Source: Trichosphaerium sp. ATCC 40318 (Eukaryota; Protista; Tubulinea). From it: a stretch of 64,000 bases of DNA. Positions 1-13,373 of the stretch are shown here, one piece after another. The notes below the pieces were generated by a model that saw only the letters and a list, made by a program, of their open reading frames with translations, did no database searches and had not been told where the DNA came from. How positions within the stretch are numbered: the first letter of the stretch is position 1; each line of letters starts with the position of its first letter. The DNA is taken from NCBI GenBank assembly GCA_038496445.1, contig JALMLS010000397.1:248001-312000 (forward strand). The letters are read 5' to 3'. The translations under genes and the position numbers were made by a program.

Positions 1-1073
1 ACCCGTTAGTGTTAATTTTTTGTTTAAAGGACTTTACAGTAGCTTCATCGCCCTTCAACAACGTTTCAAGGTCTAGAAAAGGTAACCTCGCCATTTATTC
101 GTTATAGCGTTGATATCAAGTTCTAATTCGTTATTTTGAGGTGAAGCTTAAGCCACCTTTCAATGAAAGCGTTTTAGTCATTTACAAAGACCTTGCTGCG
201 TTTTACATTGTCTTTCTTTCGTAGGCTGTCCATTTTAGTAGGCATAACTCGCTTCTCATGTACGTAGAAAAACCTTTTGAACTAGTTTTTCCGAGTAGCT
301 TTGAACAACTAAATTATTTTCTTCAAAACCTCTGAAATTTCCGACTCCCATACACTGTTTTTCGAAGCTGATGGTCGGTCCAGACTGTTGTAACTCCCTG
401 AAGAACTGAAAAGCATAAAATGGAAAGACCTTACGAAATTAACTCTGCTAGAAGTAATTATAGAGAATACTGTAACACTATCATGGCTTGTGTTATCTTT
501 AACTTGCTACTACTACAAATGGTATAGGCTTCTCCGCATTCCTATTTATGACAGCTCTGAGGCAGTCACATTGCGCTTTTCAAAATAGCTTGGGAGTAAG
601 TAACACGTGGAACGAGCTACAGCTATTTAAAAACTCATTTATTTTGCTTGTTTCAACACATGCTGTACGTTTCAGCCATCACATTCACCACAGAGATATG
701 CTAACAGGTGATGATTGGGAAGGTAAAGCAGCACACATGACATGGATTAGAGCAATATTTTATGGACCTACACTATTTTAATATCCACTACATTGCGCTA
801 AAGAAGTCAAAAGATAAGTTCATTGTTTTTAGTGAGAAATCTTTCCTGGCGTTGTTTCACTTGTCACGTGGTTAAAAACAAGTACATGTGCAAAGTAAAA
901 ACGCTATAAAACACTGTTACTTCTTGTCTACGAATGCACTAAAAGGGTTACCTAGAAATGTTATTTGAAATGTCATACGACATTTTCTTTCCAAAGCTTA
1001 ACTTGAACTTAACCTTTTTTTGAAGTACATTTCGTTGGTTTGTAAACCATTGTTCTATGTTAAAACGGTTCAT

Positions 1074-4000
1074 ATGATGAAGCATACCTCAATTTCCTAC
1101 GATAAAGAGCCGAATACTTCGTCTAAACCCAAAAGTCGTGAAAACGTTGTAAAAGAGTTCTCCGATGGTACGAGCGACGCTTTCCACAGTTTAGCGCTTG
1201 TAAAAATTTGTGTAAAAACTGTTTAAATCAAAACCATTTCAAAGTCAGCTAAAACGCCTTTATAGTTGCTGTTGTCGCGTCAAAAAACGACAACGCAGCG
1301 ATTTGTAGTATCGCACGCTTGCCGCGTGGGACAATAGTCAAAAGTCCTGATGGCACATTCGCAATGACACTTGGTACGTTTAGAATGACCGCTATGACAT
1401 GTACTTACCCTGTTCGCTTCCCAGATCACACGGTGTTGGAAGGACACAGATTTTGCATTAAACGTGTTCCAAAAGGTACAACCCTACAACATTGTTGGTG
1501 TAATTGTTTAAGGTGAGTGCGTGTATTCTTGGGATCTTCCGTTTGGTAGAGCGACACGGGACATTGAGCCTGGTACGTCTTTTTCTTCTTCTTTTGCGTA
1601 GAGGTTTGGTCAAATGCCACGTGAACAGCTCCCAACTCAAGTATAACTCACCGGAACATTGTGCAAGGTTTACCTCGAGGAATACCGCATAATTTCGCGT
1701 GTATTATCTAGGAAGGCGTTGAGAAATAGTGTGGTAGCGTTTACAGCGGCAGTTGACTGAACTGGAGTTTCGTTTTAGTATTGCGCACGTGATAAAAGGT
1801 GTTGATTTTTTTTTTGTAATAGGTAATTATTTGTGTAATCAAGGGCTTCTTGATGCCTTATCCACACGCTCAAGCGTTGACTACGAACTTCCCAAAGAGC
1901 CTAACTTCGAGAATGAAATTTTACCACATGTACGTTTTTAATTCGCCACAGCAGATACTCACTCGTATATTTAGGGAGATATCAATGAGGAAAAATTCCA
2001 AATTGGACAGCCATTAGAGCGTTACCCTACACCAGGCACTTTTAAAGGAATACAGGTGCGTCAAAGTTGTTTTAAACTGTTTTGTTTCTTTTTTTTGAAA
2101 TATTTGTCAGAGGTCTGAAGCAAGAGGCATAGCAACACGTAATTATATTGTTGTCATCGGTATGACCTCAGTGACTGCTCCTTTGGTGAAGTCCAGTACG
2201 TGTATAATTTACTTTGTTCGTTTTTTTTGGAAAGTCAAGTTATTAATCACGTGACCTTTTTAGTTGAGTACAACTTCAAAGTGAAACGAAATTTACTTGA
2301 AAATTTCCCAAATATTGATGGCGTCGTTGCTATCGCACACACTGAAGGAGGCAACAATGCAGTTAATAATGAAGAACTGGTTATACGTACGGACATAGTA
2401 ATTTTTTTGGGGTACAACCTATATTTTCTAATTCCAGTTCTTAGGCACTTTATCCGGCTTTATAGGTATACACAATCATCATAAAACTGTTGATGTAGTA
2501 TCCTCATTAATAATATTGTAGTGCACCCGAATATTGCAGCGCTATTGATAGTGGACGCTTGCAGCGAAGAGGAAGCAAAAAATCCTTCAAATGTTATTAC
2601 TTATGAAGCGATTAAAGGCTATTGTGAAACTAAATACCCAAACGCTATAAAGTTTGGCGATACAGAAGGATCATATCCAAACACTCTATTAAGAATGTCA
2701 GGAAACTTTAAATCGGACAGAAAGAGCGCCATAGCTACTATAAAAGGGTGGAGAGAAAAAGCTAATAATGTAACAAGAACAGATGTACCTTTATCGAAAC
2801 TCTCAGTTGCTTTACAATGTGGTGGATCAGATGCTTTTTCTGGTATATCAGGAAATCCAGTTGCTGGATGGGCAGGACGAGAACTCATAAAGGTATGCTG
2901 CAGTGTCAAAAACAGTCAATCTAGTGTTAGTAAATTAATTTTTGAAGAATGGAGGATCAGCTGTTCTTGCTGAAACAGATGAACTTATTGGCGCTGAATC
3001 GTATATTATACGCGAAGCATCATCTTTGAATCAAGCAAAGAAGTTTTTATCTACTGTAGATAACTTTAAGGCATGTTCATTTGCGAAATCGAAGGTTCCT
3101 TATTAATAATTTGTATTTAGCGTTGGGCTGCATTACATTCTCATTCAGCTGAAGGTTTGTGTCAACGAATTCTTGTCTAGTCTAGCTTTAATTACTTAAT
3201 AGGAAACCCATCTGGCGGTAACAAGTACCGTGGGTTATATAATATTGTCCTTAAATCCTTGGGCGCTTCCATGAAGAAACCAAAAGATGTTCCTTTAGAT
3301 TATGTTATTTCATATGGTGAGAAAACTAAGGATTCTGGTTACTACTTTATGGATAGGTTCGTTTTTCTTTCAGTTTGGCGATTTTACTGCCACGCGATTA
3401 ACCTTGCTTAGTCCTGGTAACGATCCTGAAAGTATAGCAGGGCAAGTAGCGACTGGTTGTCAAGTTATTTACTTTGTAACTGGAAATGGATCAGTAACAA
3501 ACTTCCCTTTCGTTCCTACTGTTAAAGTACGCCATATCCATTTATTTCGCGTACTCTAACAATATCGTAAGGTAGTAACAACAAGTGGAAGATACAATTT
3601 ATTATCTAACGATATGGACTTTAATGCTGGGAAGCATATGGTACGTTTTTTGTATCTTGATTTTTTCTCATCTAGAGTTTTTGTAGACTGAAAATTTGAC
3701 AATTGCTGAACTTGGTAAACAATTATTTGACCTTACAACACGCGTTTGCTCTGGTATGTTGTCATAGCTAGCAATAAAAACTTGTGAAGTGGTATCGTAA
3801 TTGGAGATTAGGTACAAAGGTCAAAGGAGAACTTGCTCGACATTCGCAAGTTCAACTGTGGAGAAATTGGATGCAAACTCCCGCTCAGTCTTTCGAAGAT
3901 GACAATCCTAACCTAGAAAGTAAGAAACATAAAGCAAGTAGTTCTATCGATAACACTAACTTGTTTGAAAGGTGAAAGCATTAATATGAGAAGTACTTCA

Positions 4001-5578
4001 AGTGAAGATGCCAAACGAACCTTCATGGCTCTGAAAAGCAAGGATGGAAGGTACATTCGCCCTTTGATTTGCCTTTTGCAATAATCTCACTTTGTACCTG
4101 GCAGGTATACTATGAGACAAGTCGGCTTGGTTCTGCCTACATCTCTATGTTCAAGTGAAGTTGCAAGGTACTAAGATATCTTTTCGTCTTTCTGCGTCTC
4201 ATCTTATTAATATAGACAAATCACATTTGCTTTGAATATGAAGTTTAAGGAACAACTACAAAACTCTGGCATATCTAAATTTGTAGCTTTACCTCATACA
4301 GAAGGTTGCGGATCTAGTTCTGGTTCGAACGAGGTAGTTTGTTCTCAAAAGATAGTAGTATTTATTTTGTTTAGACTTACTACAAAAATACGATATTGGG
4401 TCACTTAGCGTCTCCAGCAGTAAAACAAACAATGTTCTTGGAGCATGGATGTGAAAAAACTCATAATGATGAGATGAGGCAACATATTGATGGCCTAAAC
4501 ACGGTCTTAAAGCACAAGGTAAACGATTTATTCACCCCTACTTTTTGTTTGACATATCTGTTTTAGATTGACATTAGTGACTGTGTGTTCCACAGTTTAC
4601 AACTAGACGGTGGTTATAAAAATATCGTAAATCTTTCTGATAGTTGGTACATATTCATCTATTGTACTACATAGTCTTATGAACAAAAGGGCTACAAAGT
4701 GCTTAGAGGCAACTTCGATGGAAAGAGAAGAAGTTGGATTACAACATTTAAAAATTGCGCTCATTACGTTCCCTGGAGACACAGTTTCTACAGAAGGTAC
4801 ATAACACCTATATCTAATGGTTTTATTGATCTTTAATTCATAGTCTCGTCTTGCCTTGCACGTGTTTGTTCAACAATAACAGGCAAGTAACACATGTGAT
4901 TTTTTTATTGTTGTAACTTTTTTGTGTTCAGATCAAGGTGGCCTTGTTGTATCTCCTGCTAATTCTCCTCATGTAAGACATAATATTTTCCTCGGCCAAG
5001 TAGTGGATGCTGTTAAGAACACAGTTCTCGAACCAACAATAGCTTATGGGAAAATCCCAAGCACGAATGGTTTCCATCTTATGGATTGTCCAGGTTCAGG
5101 CGATTGGGTATACAACATGTGCCTTTTATCACTTCTTAAACTTTTGATTAGGTAGAGCTTGTATCAGGTCTAGGAGCTACTGGATGTGAGTTGATGATAG
5201 CAATCGTTGATAATGCAAAAGCTGCTAAAACGCTTCAAGTAAGGAAGAACCAACCGTTTCTTTCAATGTACTTGTCACCTTTACTAATGTTTTCGTTAAA
5301 GTCGAATCCTCTGGTTCCTTTGCTACGTGTTACTACCGAATATGCTCAAGTGAATACTCCTCAAAAAAGCGCTTTCAGTGTATGTATCACAGTATGTTTT
5401 ATATAAGCTAAGAAATGACGTATAGGATTTTGATTTGGCTCTTTCAGTCGATGACTCCACATGGCATACACAACTCTTAGATAAGATTATTGAAACAGCT
5501 TCAGGGAAATATATACCAAAGCAAGACGAAAATTGGAACTTCCAGATAACAAGGGGAAGTACAGGCGTATCAATGTAA
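1074..5578 (+). CDS. Long-form UxaA/GarD-family sugar-acid (altronate/galactarate-type) dehydratase: SAF domain plus duplicated dehydratase module; ~25 introns
   Basis: Spliced reading gives SAF-like HTVLEGHRF...[102 protein letters not shown], then a second copy ([18 protein letters not shown]), ending [13 protein letters not shown] at 5578. The start codon is uncertain. Confidence 0.88.
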
Positions 5579-5901
5579 AATTAACCAAAAAAATTTGGAT
5601 AAATAGATAGACACAATCTTCAGCACTGTGCTGCTGAAATTTGAGACAAATAAAAAAATTACAAGTAAATCTGGTCAATCACAATCAATGCAGCGTAAAA
5701 AGTGTACCTCAATGGCAACACTAAAAAACCCACTTGAGATTGTTGGCGTGTAAGATTCTATTAACAATGTGCTTTATTTTCTTCAATTACAAATCCACAT
5801 AGAATTTGAAACAGAGCGAATCTTGTTATCAACATAGCGTAGTTTAAAAAACCTAATGTTGTGTCACATGCTTGTTTTTTGTAAATTGACAAGATGGTCT
5901 T

Positions 5902-6875
5902 TTATTCTTGTTGTTTGTTTATGAACTCAATAGCTTTGTTGAAAATATCATCCGCTGATAATGTGCCATCAAAAATCTGTATACCAGGAATATCTTCAAT
6001 ATGAGCATTGTGAACTAAGTACTCTGGCCAGACGTATTTTTCTAAAAGCAAAGGTTAGCAATCATTGCTACTTTTTGCTCACTTACCAAAGTATTGATCA
6101 AATAATTCTTTGTTTTTTCTTGTCTTTCTGTTTAATCGTCTTGTGTAAGAAACATCCTTTGCTACTCTAAAATATATTAACATAAGCTTGGCGTGTGTTG
6201 GATAATCATAAAGAAAGGTTGGCGTGGTGGTGCATAAGATCAATTGTAATGTACTTTAAAAATATTTTCTTGTCTAATAATTCAACCAATTCTGGACCAG
6301 AATAAAGTAAGAATCCTTCAACCAGTATAGCTTTGGGTGGGTTAGGCTGTGTTGCCCAATATTCAATGGTCTCTTTTAATATTGATATAGCTTTACTGTA
6401 GTTTATACCTAGCAAGGGCATCAACAAATAAAAAAACCCAAAGAAAACAACTTTGATCTTACCACTCGGCAACTCCATATTCTTTAATGTCCTTGACAAC
6501 CCTTTCTACTTTGTTAAACTGAGGTGATGGGAATTACAAACTCTATGTACCGGTTGTTTCTGGTGAGTTAGCGGTAGCAAAACACGAGTCTAAGTGAATG
6601 ATTTTGTCAGGGATTTCCTTCGGTTTTTTCTTTTTTCGACGTTTGATTTGTTTACGACTGAGTCCTTCATACGTCTCTGGAGGATTTGGTTCTTTTTTAA
6701 CGTGTTTTAATCGTTCAATGCGATAATGGCGCTCCAACGATTTAGCCAGCGTAGACTTACCTAGAATAAGGGTAGGCAGCTGTTAATAGTGAACTAAAGC
6801 CAGAAAAATAATACCAGAGCCACTAGGACCTCCAATACCAATGACTAGTAGATTATGTTGTAGATCTTGACTCAT
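5902..6875 (-). CDS. Nicotinamide riboside kinase-like P-loop kinase (uridine kinase/NRK family)
   Basis: VIGIGGPSGSG|KSTLAKSL Walker A split by an intron, AILVEGFLLY, YF|EKYVWPEYL (NRK-like); Lys-rich insert RKQIKRRKKKKPKE. Confidence 0.75.
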
Positions 6876-7395
6876 TGACCACTGTATTGGAACTTATGGA
6901 AACGTTCAATTTTGAGTTAAATTTCATTGAATTTAGCCACAACGACACGTCATTTGTTGTCAAAGTTCTACGCTATAAATGTAATCAATGCTCTTGCAAC
7001 ACATCGTTGAGCCACGTGACTTATAAAGTTTATGACGAAGTTGACAAGCTTTACTAATGCTTTGTTGTAATTACACGAATTTATCCGTGGCAGTGCAACC
7101 CATAATTGTAAAATTACTGGGTCATTTGAAGCTACTGTATAGGCATCTGGATAGCGTCAAAAGACATACTCCGAGAAGCTGCAATTTCGTACAGGAACTT
7201 GTACTTGATTGTGACATTGTACCTAATGATGCTGACTTGCAAGCACGTTCTGCAGCCGTTGGAGTATTCAAGCACATCGTAAAATGTAAAGAGGGCAAAA
7301 ACAGAACGAAATTCAAGCTCCGTAGGCCTTGCCAAAGGAACTAAGATGCGGTCAATACTGTTCTTTTCTGTTGCTAATTGTGAACTTCTACTGCA

Positions 7396-10300
7396 ATGGC
7401 GGCCGCTCGAGCCTTGAAGTTAGTGGTAGTGGGCGATGATGTTGAAAAAATAAAAACAAAACTACTTATTTCGTACACAACTGCCAAGTTTCCGTTTGAA
7501 TACGTACCAACGGTATTTGACAACTACAGCGGTGCGTATTTGATGTGTTTTCGGGTCTTTCTTGTTGTTTATTGAGTAACGGCGTAGCAAATATCAAATT
7601 TGAGGGTGAAACAATATGCCTGGGGCTATGGGATACAGTACGGAGCTATTCGTAAAAAAACGCCTGACCACTTTCTTTTTAAGCAAGGACAAGAAGGATA
7701 CGATAGACTTAGACCACTCACCTATCCAGTACATTCTAAAAGTACTTTTGTTTCGCTAATTAATTTTTATTTCAGCAAACGGACGTTTTTATTCTGATCT
7801 TTTCTATTGGCTCTCCTTCTAGCTTTCACAATATTTTAAGCAAGGTACGTTTTTATCTGCTGCTCAAAACTTGAGACCAACTACCAAAAACCAACATGTG
7901 CTCTCATCACAATTTACTACATTAAACACGTGCGAAAGCAATTACTCCTACAACCTTAGTTCTTCTAACTTGAAGTAGTGGCATCCGGAAGTTACTCACC
8001 ACGCGCCTGGTATTCCATATTTGCTTGTTGGTGGTCAACTAGAATTTAGAGATGACCCTGATAAGATTGAAGAGTTAAAAGCTAAGGGACAAGCGCCAAT
8101 AACTTATGACCAAGGTGGGTTTGTTTTTTCAACTATTCATATTAAACTTTTGATAAGGTCTTCAAATGGCGAATGATATTGGCGCCTTTAATTACATGGA
8201 GTGTTCAGCAAGATCTAGAATTAATTTAAATGAGGTATTCGAGGCTTGTGTAGGAAAAGTAGTGCATGCAGCGAGCGATGGTAAGTTTTTCGAACATTAG
8301 TTTAAAACAACATTCCCACAGTTTCTTGACGTACTGATCTCAAGATATTCATGCCTTCACAATAGCAGGGCTCTTTCAATATTTTCAAATTAAAATAACA
8401 CCTTTTGTTAGGTAATAAAAAAAAGAAGCGGAAAAAACTGAAAGGAACTGAAGTTAATTATATTGAAAACTTTTCTACAATTGCACCAACCATACCTTTC
8501 CAACGTGGTAAATTTCCAGCTGTAAAAATACTCATACTAGGACATGGTGGATCAGGTACACCCAATAGAGAAATGCTTCATTAGTTTATTGTTCTATTAG
8601 GTAAAACGACATTGCTTGACAAAATCGCAGTGCGGAAATCCAAGGGTGTAACACAATCGACCATATCACTTAACACGCGGGCTTTGAAACTAGTAAATAA
8701 TGTATCAAGTATTGCTTATGACTTTGGAGGGCAAATGGAGTATCTTACAAGCCACAAGTTCTTCTTTTCTGACAAGCACTCAATTTATATAATAATGGTA
8801 CGATTCTCCCTTTATTTAAATTCCTATGATTATTCCCGTCCTTGCGAGGCTTGACTTTAGAACGCTCCCTTATGGCTTGTAATTACTTACACACTTTGAT
8901 ATTAGGTTGATGTTTCCACAGACTTAGAGACTCAAAAGGAGCATGTACTTCATTGGCTTCAGGTTCTTGATACCAACGGTTTGTTGCGCCACGAAAAAAC
9001 AAGAAGTATAATTGTTGTGGGAAACAAACTCGACCTTGTCGAGGATCCAGACACTGCTATAAATGGCATAGTGGAAAATATTCAGAAACAGATTGACGAG
9101 GCTTTACAACTTCCAACAGCAGCTTCAATTACGTTTGGCAAGGATATGATTATGTCAGCACTGTCCAGTACGTCTTATTTACAACTTTCGTGTTTTTTCC
9201 TTTTGCTTGAAAAATCACAAGTGATGTCTGAAACTAGTGTTAAAGAATACTTCTTTCACATTCGATACATACCATCGCAAGAGCGGCTGTTATGTTTGTA
9301 GATCTCATTACTAATTTAGCTCAATTTTAGATACCTGCGTTGATAGATTCAAAGCTGCCTTGTCTACAAGTATTAAGTCTATCAAATCAACTTATCCTGA
9401 GCAACCACTTCTATGGCGTGCTATAGATTATCTACTGACTGAGTCTAAATTATTCTCTAAGAAGTCACAGACATTGTTTACAATGTACGTTTCAAAAAAA
9501 AACAAAAAAAAAACTGTCCATCTGAGAAATGCTCAAGCTGTTCTTTTTACTTTCTACATCTTGCTTTTTCATACATCTGATTTACTGGTTGGCTTAGAGA
9601 CGCTCTTCAACAATTCTTGGCTAAGAAATGTACAGACTCTGAGAGTCTATTGATAGACTCTGGCTTGAAAAGAGAGTATATAGGACACTACAAACGAGAG
9701 TTTCTTTGTAAAGATGGTGACGATAAACCTCAGCCCGAAAAGTCTAAAGCGCAGCTAGCATATGCAATTTCACATCTACATCGTGTAGGAAAAGTCATGT
9801 ATGATAGTGTACGAATGAGCTATAACACCTTTTCTCAAATAATCTTTTCTGTTTAAATAGAAAACAAAATCAGTTTGTTTGAATCCCAACACAATTGCTC
9901 GTGTCATTGCAAGTTTCATTGGTCCAGAGCAGCATATAGCACGATTGAACGGAAATATCAAGAGCTTGAAGACTTATCGAACGGCAATTATAAGTGATTC
10001 TGTGGCCATTGATAAAATCAAGGCTATTCCGGAGCTCAGTAAAATTACTGATCAGGAATGTGTGACTTTACTGTCTTTTATGGAACAAATCAATGTATGT
10101 TGCAAGTTGAATGAAGCAGAAGCCGTACGTTGACAAGAGTTATTGAGAAAATACAAAAAAGAAAGAACTAATGAGAAAAAAAAAAGGAACAATATGGTCA
10201 GCAAGGTTACTTGTTTTATAGCTTAAGACCAGAATCTGATATGATGTATATGCCACCACCTACAAACGACGATCATAATGAGACATTTATCAGTGACACT

Positions 10301-13129
10301 AGAGATGACAATGTCATTATGAAAGTACAACACACGACAAAAGGTGCAATTGAGATTTTTTTGCAAAATTACTTACAGCTACTAGGCGTAAAAGATATGC
10401 TTGGAGAGGAGATTTATGAAGAAGGTGCAATAATGATACGTTGAAAGTACTTATGTTTAATAGAGGGCAAAGAAACGTTAACATATCATTGCCTATCAGA
10501 GAAAGAGGGTATTAAACAAGTAATTGTTCCGTTTGCTGATCGTGATGATATTATTTTCCACAAAACCGTCAGAGTGCTTGCATTCAGTCTAAGTACACGC
10601 AAAGGAGCTATTACTTCTGATACGTTTAATGAACTTCAGGGGAGGCTTAGAAGTACGTGATTGTGGTCAACAATGAGCCAGGGTTCTTTTATTAACGTTT
10701 TGAATAGGATTCAAAGATGGTAGATATAAGTTGTTTATGAACTCTATGGTTCTTAAAGATCCTGATGGTAATGTAATATGCTTGTACTATAAGAATGGAA
10801 CGATAACTGTCGTTGTTCGTGGACTTGCTCCAAAGATGTGGAAGGTAAATACACGCTGACCTTGTATCTTTGTCTCACGTGTTTTAATTGTTGTAGAGTA
10901 ACCTTACAGCAGAACTCAACAAATTTGGCCTTAAGAGTTATCCTATATGTCCTTGTAGTGCTCAAATGGGTCAAGTAGTGAAATTAACTCAAGATGAAAT
11001 CAACAACGGTAGAAAGTGTACCTTTACCGGCCTCCAAATTAGCCGTGAAGAAATAGTTAATGGATTTCCTTGGCAGCGTAGCATTTCTGGCAATCCACTT
11101 TGGAGCACTGTCAGGTACAGCCACCCCTTGCTGAATAGCGTGTCTAATAAGTTCAAGATCTTCTATGATGGAAAAACGAACAGGGGAGCATGAGCACCTA
11201 TGGAAAAGGCAGGGAAACCTTCAATACACTGAGCTAACTATGAACGAAACATTTCAAGTACGAGCTCTTTTTTTTTTGTTTAGCAAGTTTCTCAGTTAAT
11301 GTACTTAGGACCGTAAAGAAGAATATCTTAGGATTCGTGATATGTTTTATACTTTTGTTGGAAAAGACAACACATCCTTGTTTGAGATGGAAAAGGCCAC
11401 AGTATTCCACAGCCCAGCAGTAGAAGAGAGGTTTAGCGGATTTTATTCTAAACTAGTACAACGAATGTTGAGGTCAGATAGCTCTCTTGCACGTGCACCA
11501 TCTGTCGTTACCAGTGAGTAAACTCAAGCATAATATACACAATAATGTTAACAGTATTCCTTAGAAGTACATCAAGATAAAGCACAGACGGAAAAGCAAC
11601 AGTGGCAGCAATGGTGATAGCCAATTTTTTTTCTCTATTAATTGTGTACTTAGGGTTTTGTCTCATTTGGAGAAATACTCTATGCGTGTATCAGGAAATG
11701 AACATATTAATCTGATCGCAGGATTCCATGGTACTTCTGAGGTACTAGATTCAACTTACAGAACGGAGTTTGTGTAACATTTCGGGTTAGGAAGTCAGCT
11801 TTAAAATCGCTGAAAACAATTTCTTGGAACCAGCGGATAAAGAACGGATGGGTATCAAGGTAACAGACCCTGGATACTTTGGTAATGGCATATACTTCAC
11901 TCAGTACCCTACATATGGTAATAAACATGAGAGACTCTTCTTTGCCCTAACAACAAGTTTAGGTTCGTTGTATGCTGAGACAAGAGAAACAGATAGCTTG
12001 CAGTGTATGGTTATTTCTTGGATTATGATGGGCACGTGTTATTTTAATGTACTATTTACTAATGTTTGTACCTTATTAGGTAAGCCTTATCCTGTCACAG
12101 AAGCACCTAATCCAAAAGATCCAAACACACTTCTTGGGAAGGGATTAGTTGTACGCTGGGTTTTTGTACTCTCGTTCTCAAGAAACTCATTTATCTCTAA
12201 GGATGGATATGACTCTCACTATGTTGTTGTAAAAAGTATGGATTCACGAGGTTTTGTACAGTGGCCTTGTCAACCTCATGAAGATCCGAATGCAGATGAG
12301 ATTGTCGTTTTCTCTAAAGACCAGGTACAGTAACACTGAAATTGCTCACTTAATAAAACCCTTCTAGATTCTCCCTCGATACCTTGTTTACTACAAGCGT
12401 GTTAATACAAATGTTGGTGAGAGTAACTCTGGATTGGTATTTACTCAAATGAAAGAGAAGAATTTAGAATGGCGTGATGCGGATAAGCTTGTTCTTTGGG
12501 TAGACAGTAACTTATCAGAGCAGAACAAAGTTTTGAAAAAGTCTATTGAATTGGCTAAAGGAAACATCAAAGTACTTGTCGTTGTCTTTGGTGTATTTGT
12601 GATGAGTGATGGTTAATGGGTTTGTTTAGGTTATTATTATGACTTCTTCTGTTGAGCTAAAAACTTGGCTTGAGAACGCTGCTAAGCATTTGAAAGGAAG
12701 AAACTTTATCATCATAACAAATAGATATAGAAAAACAGATGGTGGAGAAAAAGCAGCTAATAACCTTATTAAGTACGTTTGTTTAACATACATAGAGTTC
12801 ATTACATACTTATTTTATATCTTGCTGCCTATCATAGAGCAAAAGATCAACACTTTTATTTTTTTTTTTGCCTGTTTTGGCCTACAAACACAAACCTTGT
12901 ACCTCGTGGCCTGGTTCAGTGAAATTCAGCGCCTTGATTATATTTTTTAACGGTTTTTGTTAGGATGGTGCACAGTCAAAAAGAATGGAAATCTATTCCT
13001 ATTATTGTGTTTTGTGGTAATACAAAAGCAGCCAAAAATCTTGAAAAATCAAAATGTACAAAAGTTACAGATAAAGCAACTGATGTTTTATCATGGTGTA
13101 CCACTCTAAAAAAGAAACCATTTAAATAA
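7396..13129 (+). CDS. Multidomain Roco protein: degenerate Rac/Rho domain + Roc + COR + PARP-like ADP-ribosyltransferase + receiver-like C-terminal domain
   Basis: Hand-spliced frame: [22 protein letters not shown]|[15 protein letters not shown] (Rho); ILGHGGSG|[27 protein letters not shown] (Roc); [20 protein letters not shown] (COR-like); [37 protein letters not shown] (ART); [25 protein letters not shown] (receiver-like). Confidence 0.85.
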
Positions 13130-13373
13130 ATAATTTTGGAGAAAAAGAACAAGTATTATACACGTACTACTCAATTAACGTTTTAGACACTATGAAAGTG
13201 AAAAACATACGATACGAATATAACATATGATTGGCTTTTTTTACTGTAGATGTACTATACGGTTGTAGTACTTTAAGGAGTAAAAAATCTTCAATACTAT
13301 ATCCAAAGGAAGCAACACAAGAACAGACGATCTTATGAATTTGAAGAACTACTAGCTTAATGACATGTAAATA

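Noticed and set aside
1-1000. Possible coding remnant at the window start
   Set aside because: No consistent frame or family motif could be built.
7057-7344. Short ORFs on both strands between the NRK-like and Roco starts
   Set aside because: No recognisable motifs; this is likely promoter or UTR sequence.
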